Below are positions 26,200 through 39,671 of a stretch of 64,000 nt of DNA, one piece after another (within the stretch, counting starts at the first letter, position 1; the number at the start of each line of letters is the position of its first letter). The notes beneath the pieces were generated by a model that did no database searches, was not told where the DNA came from, and worked only from the letters and a program-made list of their open reading frames with translations. Source of the DNA: Eledone cirrhosa (Eukaryota). The stretch is from positions 94,302,001 through 94,366,000 of the forward strand of contig OZ024742.1 of the NCBI GenBank assembly GCA_964016885.1. The letters run 5' to 3'. Made by a program: the position numbers and the translations under genes.

Positions 26200-28370
26200 T
26201 AAGTATTCTAATGCCGTGCACGTCCATTCCGACAAAACAGGCAATATATATCAAATGGAGTGCAGTACTTACCAACAACTACTACATAATGCTGTAACTA
26301 AGGAATACCGTAAAACTAATCGGAGCGTCATTAATGAAATCAACGATGCTGGGTTTAAAATCACCTCTGATCTCAACATCCTGGACTGGAGTGAACCTCT
26401 AGACCTTATTTCTCCCCACTTTACCCTGAAGGATCACAAATCCAATTTTCCGAACAACCCTTCTATTCGGCTTATTAACCCTACGAAGTCCGATTTAGGT
26501 AGACTTAGTAAAAGGATTCTTGATAGAATTATACCAGAAATTAGAAGTTTGGCCCCTCTTGCACTGTGGAACAATTCTTTCGCGGTGATTGATTGGTTCA
26601 ACAGCATATGCAACAAGGAACATTGCCGTTTTATCCAATTCGACATCAATAATTACTACTCCTCCACCCCTTTACCACTTATCCTTAGAGCTATCAATTT
26701 CGCTAAAACACTCACAATGGTTAAGAATTTCGAAGTTGATGTCATCCTCAATGCCCGTAAGTCGGTGATTAATTTCGACGACTCTATTTGGATTAAAAAA
26801 TATAATAGTACCCCATTCGACGTGAGTATGGGCGCCAGCGATTCTGCGGAGGTTACTGATCTTATCGGCCTTTTCCTTCTTTTCTCTATCAAGGAAGAAT
26901 TCCCCAACGTGGGCGGTGGTTTGTACCGTGATGATGGTCGTTTGACCATGACTAAGGGCGGCTCACGTGCTTGCAACAGGTTCAGGAAAAAACTCACAGC
27001 CTTCTTTAAAGGCTTCAACCTCTCCATACAGGTTCAGGCCAACCTCTCGGTCGTTAATTACCTCGACGTTACCCTCAATTTATCGAAAGGCTTGCATTAC
27101 CTGTATAGAAAGCCGAATGATACGCTTAATTACATAAGTAAGCATTCTAACCATCCTGCCAGCATAACAAAGAACCTAGTAAGAAACGTTTCTTTGAGGC
27201 TTTCCCGTCTATCTAGTAACGAGCATATTTTCAACGACCATTCCACTTATTACAATAAAGCTCTTGCTTGGAGTGGATTTGTCGATAAGGTAGCATATAC
27301 AGGGTACGAGAATAGACCTAGAAGAAATAGATCCCGACGCATTATATGGTATAACCCACCATATAATATGGAGGTGGCCACACCATTAGCTAAGATCTTT
27401 CTCTCCCTTATTATGAAGCATTTTCCCCTTACACATAAATATAGTAACATTTTTAATAGAAATACTATTAAAATTTCTTACTCTACGATTCCTTGCACAT
27501 AACATCACAGCTTCAAATTTATCTAAACTACCTAGCCGTAGGAACACGTGCAACCCTGTAGTTAGTACTAACTGTAATTGTAGGAATCGGGTTGACTGCC
27601 CCCTATCCGGGAAATGCTTCTCTAGTAACATTGTCTACAAATGTAAGGTTGAAACACCCACGTCCCGTAGGGCCTACAAGGGGTTAACAGCCAATAGATT
27701 CAAGCAGCGTCTTTACATGCATACCCATTCTTTTCGTTACCCTTTAAGAAGGAATATAACGTCACTTTCAGCTTATATCTGGAGTCTAAAAGACAACCAT
27801 ACCCAATATAAGTTACACTGGGAGATCCTATCTAAGGCTAGATCGTATAACGGAAATAAAAGACAATGTGACCTCTGCGCCGCTGAGGCCCTGGAAATAC
27901 TCTACGCCAAGAACCACATCTTAAACAAAAAATCGGAGGCAATTTCGGCTTGTAAACATAAATTGCACAAAACTTTCCTGTATTACAGCCCCACATTAAA
28001 CCCTAACGGATAGTACGAACTATACGCGGATATTTTACACCTTGATGTGGTAGCTAAGTATATGTTATGTTTTACCATTACTTATTTGTATAGGTAAGTA
28101 TATATTACCTGCATGTTTTGTGAAGGTACGTATACTTCCTCGTACGTATATTTGATTGTATATGTTATGGCGTATATATTATATATTCTAGTACATATGC
28201 TTTTGGTTATGTGTATACGTGAGTTTTGCGTCTGTGTGAGTATGCGGGTTCGTACGTATGTAGAGTGTGTGTATATGTGTACTTCGTGTTTTGGTTGACC
28301 TACGTCTCCAAACATATGTGTATTTACATGTAGGTATGTGTGTGCGCTTGTTTATATACGTATTTATTTA
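26200..28370 (+). mobile_element. 5'-truncated Naiad-like Penelope element (RT + CxC linker + GIY-YIG), one frameshift
   Basis: SDKTGNIY, TLKDHK..F..P..RLINP, FDINNYY, FDVSMGA, GLYRDDG, NYLDV, SNHP. After a frameshift near 27495 it reads CNCRNRVDCPLSGKC, IVY..YKGLT..FKQR..H and CDLC. The 5' end abuts (TA)n. Confidence 0.92.
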
Positions 28371-28376
28371 CAACCA

Positions 28377-30103
28377 TTTGTTTAAGATGTGGTTCTTGGC
28401 GTAGAGTATTTCCAGGGCCTCAGCGGCGCAGAGGTCACATTGTCTTTTATTTCCGTTATACGATCTAGCCTTAGATAGGATCTCCCAGTGTAACTTATAT
28501 TGGGTATGGTTGTCTTTTAGACTCCAGATATAAGCTGAAAGTGACGTTATATTCCTTCTTAAAGGGTAACGAAAAGAATGGGTATGCATGTAAAGAGGCT
28601 GCTTGAATCTATTGGCTGTTAAGCCCTTGTAGGCCCTACGGGGCGTGGGTGTTTCAACCTTACATTTGTAGACAATGTTACTAGAGAGGCATTTCCCGGA
28701 TAGGGGGCAGTTAACCCGATTCCTACAATTACAGTTAGTACTAACTACAGGGTTGTACGTGTTCCTACGGCTAGGTAGTTTAGATAAATTTGAAGCTGTG
28801 ATGTTATGTGCAAGGAATCGTAGAGTAAGAAATTTTAATAGTATTTCTATTAAAAATTTTACTATATTTATGTGTAAGGGGAAAATGCTTCATAATAAGG
28901 GAGAGAAAGATCTTAGCTAATGGTGTGGCCACCTCCATATTATATGGTGGGTTATACCATATAATGCGTCGGGATCTATTTCTTCTAGGTCTATTCTTGT
29001 ACCCTGTATATGCTACCTTATCGACAAATCCACTCCGAGCAAGAGCTTCATTGTAATAAGTGGAATGGTCGTTGAAAATATGCTCGTTACTAGATAGACG
29101 GGAAAGCCTCAAAGAAACGTTTCTTACCAGGTTCTTTGTTATGCTGGCAGGATGGTTAGAATGCTTACTTATGTAATTAAGCGTATCATTCGGCTTTCTA
29201 TACAGGTAATGCAAGCCTTTCGATAAATTGAGGGTAACGTCGAGGTAATTAACGACCGAGAGGTTGGCCTGAACCTGTATGGAGATGTTGAAGCCTTTAA
29301 AGAAGGCTGTGAGTTTTTTCCTGAACCTGTTGCAAGCACGTGAGCCGCCCTTAGTCATGGTCAAACGACCATCATCACGGTACAAACCACCGCCCACGTT
29401 GGGGAATTCTTCCTTGATAGAGAAAAGAAGGAAAAGGCCGATAAGATCAGTAACCTCCGCAGAATCGCTGGCGCCCATACTCACGTCGAATGGGGTACTA
29501 TTAGATTTTTTAATCCAAATAGAGTCGTCGAAATTAATCACCGACTTACGGGCATTGAGGATGACATCAACTTCGAAATTCTTAACCATTGTGAGTGTTT
29601 TAGCGAAATTGATAGCTTTAAGGATAAGTGGTAAAGGGATGGAGGAGTAGTAATTATTGATGTCGAATTGGATAAAACGGCAATGTTCCTTGTTGCATAT
29701 GCTATTGAACCAATCAATCACCGCGAAAGAATTGTTCCACAGTGCAAGAGGGGCTAAACTTCTAATTTCTGGTATAATTCTATCAAGAATCCTTTTACTA
29801 AGTCTACCTAAATCGGACTTCGTAGGGTTAATAAGCCGAATAGAAGGGTTGTTCGGAAAATTGGATTTGTGATCCTTCAGGGTAAAGTGGGGAGAAATAA
29901 GGTCTAGAGGTTCACTGTAGTCCAGGATGTTGAGATCAGAGGTGATTTTAAACCCAGCATCGTTGATTTCATTAATGACGCTCCGATTAGTTTTACGGTA
30001 TTCCTTAGTTACAGCATTATGTAGCAGTTGTTGGTAAGTACTGCACTCCATTTGATATATATTGCCTGTTTTGTCGGAATGGACGTGCACCGCATTAGAA
30101 TAC

Positions 30104-30107
<4 letters not shown>
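28377..30107 (-). mobile_element. Inverted copy of the Naiad-like element, truncated at its 3' end
   Basis: ORFs 28804-30090 and 28368-28589 are almost identical to the + copy and share the same frameshift (..ISYSTIPCT*). Confidence 0.93.
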
Positions 30108-30176
<69 letters not shown>

Positions 30177-30527
30177 TCGGTCCTCAATGTTTACCATTGA
30201 CTGACCAACGGTCAAAAATACAGATATAATATAGACACAAACACATATATATAGTCTAACAAAGGTCTTTTGTTGCACATCTGCAAAATCGTCAGTGGTG
30301 CTATTATGTTTCCTCCTGTTGTATTGTATGTCTACGCCATCATTATCTAAACTGTTTATTTATTTATTTATTTATTTTTGTCTTCTTCTCTGCGCATGCG
30401 TTTGCGTGTGTGTATAGTGTTTGATGTGTGTTCGTGTTTGGGTGACTTTGTTTTGTTTATTGCATTCTGTCTTAGTTTACTAGTGTGTGTTTATATGTGT
30501 TTTTTGTTATTATGATTGTGTATGTAT

Positions 30528-30558
<31 letters not shown>

Positions 30559-31019
30559 TATTTCTCTTAGGTGAGTATCGTTTGTTTGGGTGTTGTTATT
30601 CCATTCATTTTTTCTGATTAGCTTTGACCTTCTAAGTTCTATTTCACTGGCCTCTCTGATCTGCTGGGTCATTTCTATGTTTAGATATTATTTTAATTTC
30701 TATGTTGTCTATGTTACCGTCATGTTGTTGTCTGGCTTGTTCGTATAGTACTGAACCGTTTTTTCGTCCTTTTAGTTCCCCCCAGTGTTGGTCTATCATT
30801 TCACCTATGCTACGAACTGTCTCGCCTATGTATGTTGTTGTCATGTTTCTGCAAGTTCCCTCTGTACATCTTATGCTATAGACTACGTTTCTATTTTTAC
30901 AGTTTATCCGGGGGTTTACTTTACATATAATACATTTACTATTAGTACAGTGGGTTTTCTTAAAAGTGTATGTTTTGCTGATTAAAAAAACCCACTGTAT
31001 TAATAGGAAATATATTAAA

Positions 31020-34000
31020 TTGAGAGCCCAAGCAAATGAAGATAGAATCAAATCAACCGACGATGAGATTAATCAAGCAATTATCAATAAAACCAAAGAC
31101 ACCACCCTAGCAAATACTTCAAAATTATAGTTAGAGGACTGTAATAAGGAAGAATTAAAATCCCTTCAGCGTTGGGAAATAAACAAAACCTGGTTCTCTA
31201 ACTATGAAACACTTTTCCAAAAAGACACACATCCAAGAACCCCTTCATTAAAACCATAATAACAAGAAAACTCAATCAACACCCAAACACCACACAACAA
31301 CCAACAACAACAAAAAAAACAATACCTCCCCACATACCAAAAAAAAAAGAAGGCATCACCTCGCCCCTAGACCCTCCACATAACTACCACACGGATTCCC
31401 AAGCAACAAATATAACAATAGAAAAACATCAGCTACAAGATAGGCACTACAACTTCTCTCCCACCAGGAGAAACCACAGAATCCCCCACACTTACAACCC
31501 CACTAACATCCCCATACAACAAACCCACAACCATCATTACTTCCAACATAGAACCCAAAATACACAACTACCACACATGTCACATAGAGCCTCACAACCA
31601 CACACCAACTATAAGGAAACCCTATTCTACCCTCCCCCACTAACCACATCCTACTACAACAACACCGCCGGGGACAATACCATCACACGAGACACCCTAA
31701 CCACTACAACCACCATAAATACACACCATATAACAGCAACAGCAGAACTCAATATAACCACAGAAGGAAACCCTACTACAACTACACCAAGTCTACACAC
31801 CCTACAACAACAGCAGTGCTCAGCACAACCATACGATACAACCCAACTTCAACAACCACCACAACTTCGCACCCTATAACCACGTCCATCAAATCTACAC
31901 ATCCTACAACAACATCAGCAGGGTTCAATACAACCACACGATACAACCTAACTTCAACAACCACCACAGCTACACACCATCTAACAACAACAGCAGGGGC
32001 CAATACAAGCATAAGAGACATCCAAACTTCAACAGCCACCACAACTTCCGTAATCATTTTTTAGACACAGCACACAGACACACGATAACAAGATAACACA
32101 AAACACACAGGAGACACAAAATGTAATAAAAATTGTTAATTTAACCTCTAAAGAATTAACAACAGACCAAATGAACATTCTCTCCAAAGGTCTAAAATTT
32201 ACACCAACTCCCCAACAACCAAACTACCCCAAAATGAAGGAAGATATTGCAGAATTCTGTAGAAAACTAAGACACAGCGAGCAACTATACGACAAATACA
32301 ATGAGGATGGCTCAATAGCCAGAAATAGAAGCAGCTACACCCCACCAAAAGGCAAGAACAAATTCCTCGATCAATTCTGCGAACACATTACTAATTACCC
32401 ATACCACCACCTACACAGACATAAACAAAAACCAAACCTAAGCAAAAAAGAATGTAATGGTCTTAACAGTCTAAAAGACGACAAAACCCGAACAATCAAA
32501 GAGGCAGATAAAGGGAGTGCAGTAGTCCTTATGGGGACAGATTATTACACGACTCTAGTACTCTCAACTCTAGAAAACCAAACATTATGAAAAGGCCCAA
32601 CACTACACACAAAAGAAAATAATGAGAAACCTAAAATCCCTAACAACCCTTTACAAAGAAGGCCTTACAGACAAGGAATAAAACTACATCACCAATTTCA
32701 AAAGTAGAACCAGCCTCTTCTACGGTATCCCAAAGACACACAAAAGCGAAGTAATAGGTTGGGCCTGCAAGCAAGCCCTACATTTACATCAATATATTCC
32801 CTCCTGATGACCTTAAATTAAGACCCATAATAGCAGGTACCACATGTGAAACCCACAGCCTAAGCAACTTCCTAGATATTCTGCTTAAACCTTTCCTAAA
32901 ACACATAAAAAGCTTCATAAGGGATGATCTTGACATGCTCAACCACCTCCCAACAACACTCAATAATGAACATAACCTACTAGTAACCTTTGATGTCATC
33001 AATTTATATTCCAAAATCCCACACAACCTAGGTATAGAGGCAATACAATTCTGGCTTGAACATTTCCCTAGTGAACTCCCACAGCGCATCCCTAAAGAAT
33101 TTGTGTTGGAGGGACTCAAATTCATCTTGGAAAACAATTTCTTCGAATTCAATGCCAAATACTACAGACAGAAATCTGGGACTGCCATGGGCACGAAAGT
33201 AGCCCCTCATACGCCAACCTTGTCATGGGATATTTGGAAACCACTCTCTACCGCAAAGTTCTAGACAAATACGGCAACCACTTCTACCAACACATAGAAA
33301 ATAACTGGAAGAGATATCTGGACGGCTGCTTCATCCTCTGGCATGAAAGTATAGATAGACTGATTGAGTTTAAAACCCTTCTGAATGGACTCAAGACAAA
33401 CTTACAATTTACAATGGATTACAGCCATGAACAACTCCCTTTCCTCGACATCCTCATCAAGAAAACAAACAATAAAATAGAAACAGACATATACTACAAA
33501 CACACAGACTCCAAACAATACCTTCCATTCAACTCGTGCCACCCTAGACACACCAAAATGGCAATTCCTTATAACCTAGCCAGAAGGATCTGCACAATAG
33601 TTCCACATAAATACACATGCTACACACTACTAGAAGAATTAAAAAACACTTATCAGCAGAAACTACCCACCATCCCTAATCAACAATGGATTCCAACTCG
33701 CCCTAAAACTCGACATCCAGGAACTCAGACACCCCAAACCCAGGAATGAACCGCAACAGAAAGCTCTACCATACATCTCCACACACAACCCCCTCAACAA
33801 TGAGGCATTCGACACCATCCTCCAGAACATTCGTTTACTAAAAAGAGACCCAAGAATTAACAAAATCCTCCAAACACACAACACCATAAAGAGCAAAGAC
33901 AACCTAAATCCATAAAAAACCTCCTCACGCAAGCCAAAATCCAACAAACCCTCACAATGAACCCTACAGTAACAAAATGCGGAAGGCCCAACTGTGGCAT

Positions 34001-34900
34001 ATGCATAAATCTAATAAAAGGTTCAATATTCCATTTTAAACAAGGACAACATTACACAGTTAAACACAACTTTACATGTGCATCTGTAAACCTAATCTAT
34101 GTGTTGACCTGCTCAGGTTGTCAAGAGAACTACATAGGACATATAAAAAACAGCCTCCGACAACATATGACCGTCCATAAATCACAAATCAAAATACAGG
34201 AATACAGAAAGATTGCATTTAGTGAACATATCGCCAATTGTGCACCCAACCAACATCCAAACTTTAAAATTTTCCCCATTTACAACTTCATAAACAAAGT
34301 TACTTCCATCCATCGTACCAATAAGGAAACGTATTTCATTAACAAATTCCAACCTCTACTTAATGCACTAAACTTCGGACTAAACTAAAACTGGAACGAA
34401 CAATCAAACATTTAAAAATACCTATGTCTCTCTAAAGAGTTACCTCCCGCACAGTCTACGTAATCCTTTTTCTTAAATAAATTAAATATCATCCAGCATG
34501 AATTACCTCCCCCTGCATATTAACTCTCTAAAAAGGGAAATCATATCAAACCCCAGTCCACCATTTGCCTCCATCATGGATCAACTAAGCACTCTTGCTA
34601 TATTAACACATTTTGATCTGCTTATCTTCAAGAACTATGCCTGTAAATAACATTATTTTTTCTTTCACATTGCCTTATTATGCTCCACATCCTTTTTTCT
34701 TTTTTCTTTTCACTTCATAAACCTTGTTTGTAAAAAACATTATTCTTTCTGCACCATTTCTTTAACATGTCCAACACCACTATTCTACACCAATACATAT
34801 TATTATCATTTGATAATGCATAAAAATGCTGAAACCGGTAATAGACAATTATTAAATATATAAATAAATAAATGCCATTGTTAATTAATAAATAAATCAA
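31020..34900 (+). mobile_element. Penelope-like element, Neptune-like (DKG, RT, Cx4CxxC linker, GIY-YIG), inactivated
   Basis: LSKGLKFTPTP, EADKGSAVV, FYGIPKTHK, LRPII, FDVINLY, QKSGTAMG, RYLDG (catalytic D>G), LPFLD, SCHP, CGRPNCGIC, NLIYVLTCSGC..YIG. Stops at ~32588 and ~32678, frameshift at ~33208. Thr-rich N-terminal region. Confidence 0.92.
34803..34850 (+). ncRNA. Degenerate hammerhead in the 3' (pLTR) region of the Neptune-like element
   Basis: cat TTGATAA tgca taaaaa tgct GAAA ccgg TA atagac. Palindromic ACCGGT stem III, with two core substitutions. Confidence 0.5.
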
Positions 34901-35058
34901 CTATTACCTTAACACTTCAAACAAAGTCAAATATTTCGTTTTAATCATGTTCTAACCCAGAAAAAAAGAGAGAAATAAATAAAAAAGGAAAAAAATATAT
35001 TTTCCTTCCTAATAATCGTCTTTTTCTCCCTGTTTTCACATATATATATATATATATA

Positions 35059-35449
35059 TATATTAATAAGAGGAATTCCAACTTTGTCTGATTTACTCGT
35101 TTTATTTACAATCCTTTAAAATTCATAATGGTATTATAATGAAATAGTATGATAAAATATTAAATGTTAAGTGTTAATTGAACAAGTACTTTTATGCTTT
35201 CGCAATCTTCAGGTACATAATGTGTGGTGACAGTCAAGTTTGCAATTTTCAACTGTTGAAAATTGCAAACTTGACTGTCACCACACATTATGAACCTGAC
35301 GTTTGCGAAAGCATGGAAGTACTTGTTCAATTAACACTTAGAATTTAATATTCTATCATACTATTTCATTATAATACCATTATAAATTTTAAAGGATTGT
35401 AAATAAAACGAGTAAATCAGACAAAGTTGGAATTCCTCTTATTAATATA
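35059..35449. repeat. ~390-bp hairpin with 1-nt loop (centre 35254)
   Basis: ...gtcaagtttgcaattttcaac T gttgaaaattgcaaacttgac...; arms extend to attaataagaggaattccaac / gttggaattcctcttattaat. Confidence 0.93.
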
Positions 35450-35483
35450 ATCTTCTATACACAATCATACACCCGTGTATATT

Positions 35484-36222
<739 letters not shown>

Positions 36223-36360
36223 TTCCTGCTCTGTAAAACATCTGATGTATTTACATTGAGCTATTTTTTTTACTGGTAATAAGGTAGTAAGGAATTACTG
36301 ACCTTTCCTGTTTATAGTTGTATATAGTGTATATATAACTATAAATAATATTATTATTAT

Positions 36361-36410
<50 letters not shown>

Positions 36411-36973
36411 AAGAGAAAGAGAGAGAGAGAAAGCGCAATATATCGTTTGAGAAACACATAGTACTTTGTACATACTTAAAGCACATAATATTTGGGAAAC
36501 ATTACGTATTTCACGGTGGAAATGTTCTTCTTTCCTTATGGCACTATTTTATGACTCAAAAACCATAACAAAAAAAAAACGAGCTAAGCAATCTATCATC
36601 GATCACCAACTATCGATTTTAGTAAAGTTACATGAGATGGAAATCAATCATCCGAGTTCCAATAGAGTATAGAGTACAAAATACTTTTATATCTTTCAGG
36701 ATTCGAGAGTTAGGCCAACACCATAGACAGCATGGTGTAAGAACGTTTTGACTGTAGTGGCAGATATAAACAGGACTGGAAGTCATGTCCGCTAGAAAGA
36801 CATGCAAAATATGTGTTACTATGTGAGCAGCACAATAGATGAATTTGGAGCAGTTATATACTAATTGAAGGTATCACAACATATATAAAATGTGTGATGC
36901 TTATGTTTCTCAGTAGAAAAGCTCAATGGAAATTTGCTCAGAGCATCAATAATTTAAATTAAAACATATATGG

Positions 36974-37111
<138 letters not shown>

Positions 37112-37167
37112 TATATATATAATATATATATCTGCTAACTGTCTCTTAATTATTGCTGTCGTTATTA

Positions 37168-37282
37168 AGTTCAAATCCTGCCGAGGTTAACTTTGCCTTT
37201 CATCCTTACGGGGTCGATAAAATAAAGTACCAGTAATACACTGGTTAATTGCTGGCCTTGTGCCAAAAGTAGAAACAATTAT
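37168..37282 (+). mobile_element. tRNA-derived SINE (5'-truncated)
   Basis: gttcaaatcctgccgaggttaactttgcctttcatccttacggggtcgataaaataaagtaccag...gtagaaac. Confidence 0.9.
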
Positions 37283-37569
37283 TATTACCTCTCCTATGTT
37301 TTTACATGGGTGTAATCGGCGGGCACGCCTTGTTTTTTTTTGTAATCGTATGTATATGTATGTATGTGTGTGTGTATGTGTATATGTGTGTCTCTGTTTG
37401 TGCATACATATGTGTGTGTGTGTATGTGTACATATGTCTGTGTGTCCATGTGGGTGTACATGTATATATATATATACGTGTGTGTGTGTAACCATGTGTG
37501 AGTGCATGTGTGTGTATTTATATACGTATATATGGACATGTATATATGTGTGCATAGATATATACACAT

Positions 37570-37888
37570 TGGAGTCTGTGCTACTGTATGGGTCTGAGAT
37601 TTGGACACTGAGCAAGAAACTCACGCAGATGGTGGATGGGGGCTACACGAGAATGCTGAGGATGGCTCTGAACATTAATCAGTATACGCTGAGGATGAGG
37701 AACTCAGAGCTTTATGGGAGCCTCCCAAAATTCAGCTCGGAAGTAACACGGAGGAGACTGAGGTTAGCTGGACATGCTCACTTAGTACGCCAGCGGGAGC
37801 CCCTACACGGACACACTAGAAGAGGGAGACGGAGATTGACATATGTTGATGCTCTAAGGACTGACACAGGAGATGCAGGATATGGTGG

Positions 37889-37890
<2 letters not shown>
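37570..37890 (+). mobile_element. C-terminal fragment of an RTE-like LINE of a different family
   Basis: [46 protein letters not shown], lying between microsatellites. Confidence 0.8.
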
Positions 37891-37981
<91 letters not shown>

Positions 37982-38053
37982 TACGTATATATATATACAT
38001 ATATATATATATACGTATATATATATATACATATATACATATATACGTATACG

Positions 38054-38095
<42 letters not shown>

Positions 38096-38254
38096 TACAT
38101 ATATATACATATATATATTATATATACATACATATATATATATATAATATATATACATACACACACATATATATATATATATATAGGGTGGGTAAAATTC
38201 CCGAGATCCATGGACGAGTTCTCTCCAGCGGTCTCTGTCCCCTTATATCTTCTC

Positions 38255-38314
<60 letters not shown>

Positions 38315-38476
38315 CCTCTCTCTCTCTCTCCATTGTCGTTTAAATAAACGGTTGTTTTTCAATTATTTACATATTCATTTGCATGTTTACACATAAGTTT
38401 GAATAATCCCTAATATATTTCCACTATCCAGTGAATTTCCAACCGATAAGGTATGATTTTCATAAAACAAACTTTG

Positions 38477-38540
38477 TATTTTATCTGATGAAAGCATCCC
38501 AATGTTGTCTTGGTACCCTTGAAATATATATAATAAAATA
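38477..38540 (+). ncRNA. Type I hammerhead ribozyme motif
   Basis: tattttat CTGATGA aag...ctt GAAA tatata TA ataaaata. Perfect 8-bp stem I and palindromic stem III. Confidence 0.75.
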
Positions 38541-38809
38541 AATATGGTTTTATAAATATAGTTTACATTTATTTAATATCATTTTATACATATATATATT
38601 TATCAAAATAACAGATTAAAGACTTCACATTTATATGGATATAAGATATGAAATTAAAAACAAAGGCTATTACAATTGAAAGCCAGGCTGAAATAAAATA
38701 AAAAAATATAAAATAAAATAGACACTGATGTAGAACGTAAGGTTAGGGGGTAAAAATATATACATATATATATATTGTGTATGAACTGTCCCTTCACTCA
38801 CATGTGTAT

Positions 38810-38877
<68 letters not shown>

Positions 38878-39034
38878 ATGTTTGTGTGCGTGCGTGTGTT
38901 TATATTTTGTGCATATTTTTATATCTTAACTATTTTTTATTTTTTTATTTTTTTCAGCTATCTGGTCAGATGTATACATGTATTTCAATAGCCCGGCCGT
39001 GAAATGTGCCTATGTGTGTATCTATGTATGCTTG

Positions 39035-39124
<90 letters not shown>

Positions 39125-39671
39125 CTTCAAGGTTTTATAAAATAGTTAAGCAAGGATATAATTAATCTGGGATGAAGGTTTTGTAAAAGAAAGAATAAAA
39201 TGCACAATGTAGACAGGAAGGGATTATTTCATTTTTTTAAAATTAAGGCAGATAATGTTTGAAAAAATTAATTCTAATGCTTCAGTCAGAAAATGATTAC
39301 ATTTAATTTTACCTCCTCATAAGTCTTTGCTGAATTAATGTTATCCCTCTTAAGAGGGTATAAGGGTATATTATAGCATTTTAAATGCACATTAATTTAG
39401 CGAAGGAAATAGAGTTTTATTTTAAGTTTTCATTCTTAAAAGAATGTAAATGTGAACAGTGGCAGACTGGGTCTAACAATATTAGTTGTTAGGAGATGAC
39501 AGGGACCCACCTACATAAAAACTGGTATAATTTTAATTTTATAAGGAATAAATAATATTTTCAAAAAATACATAAGTGGAAACAAAATATTGCAATCAAA
39601 TTTTGCGAAATCCAGAGACTTTCAATAATGAACTTTGGGCTTTCACTTAATATATATATATATATATATAT

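Larger units (their letters stand above)
24206..32166. repeat. ~8-kb inverted duplication (arms 24206-27929 and 28377-32166, ~450-bp spacer)
   Basis: Mirror-image ORF sets (26072+/30090-, 27717+/28589-, 25522+/31051-, 24791-/31577+). Outer ends are tctgttgttaattc / gaattaacaacaga. Arms differ by scattered SNPs and microsatellite lengths. Confidence 0.96.

Noticed and set aside
27573-27890. Possible selenocysteine-encoding Naiad (in-frame UGA at Cys positions)
   Set aside because: The linker and endonuclease cysteines are TGT/TGC, and the ORF break at 27502 is a TAA after a frameshift.
36695-36940. Possible host exon after tctttcag, with a CYYVSS lectin-like peptide
   Set aside because: All three frames hit stops within ~50 nt of the acceptor and the similarity is too weak to support.
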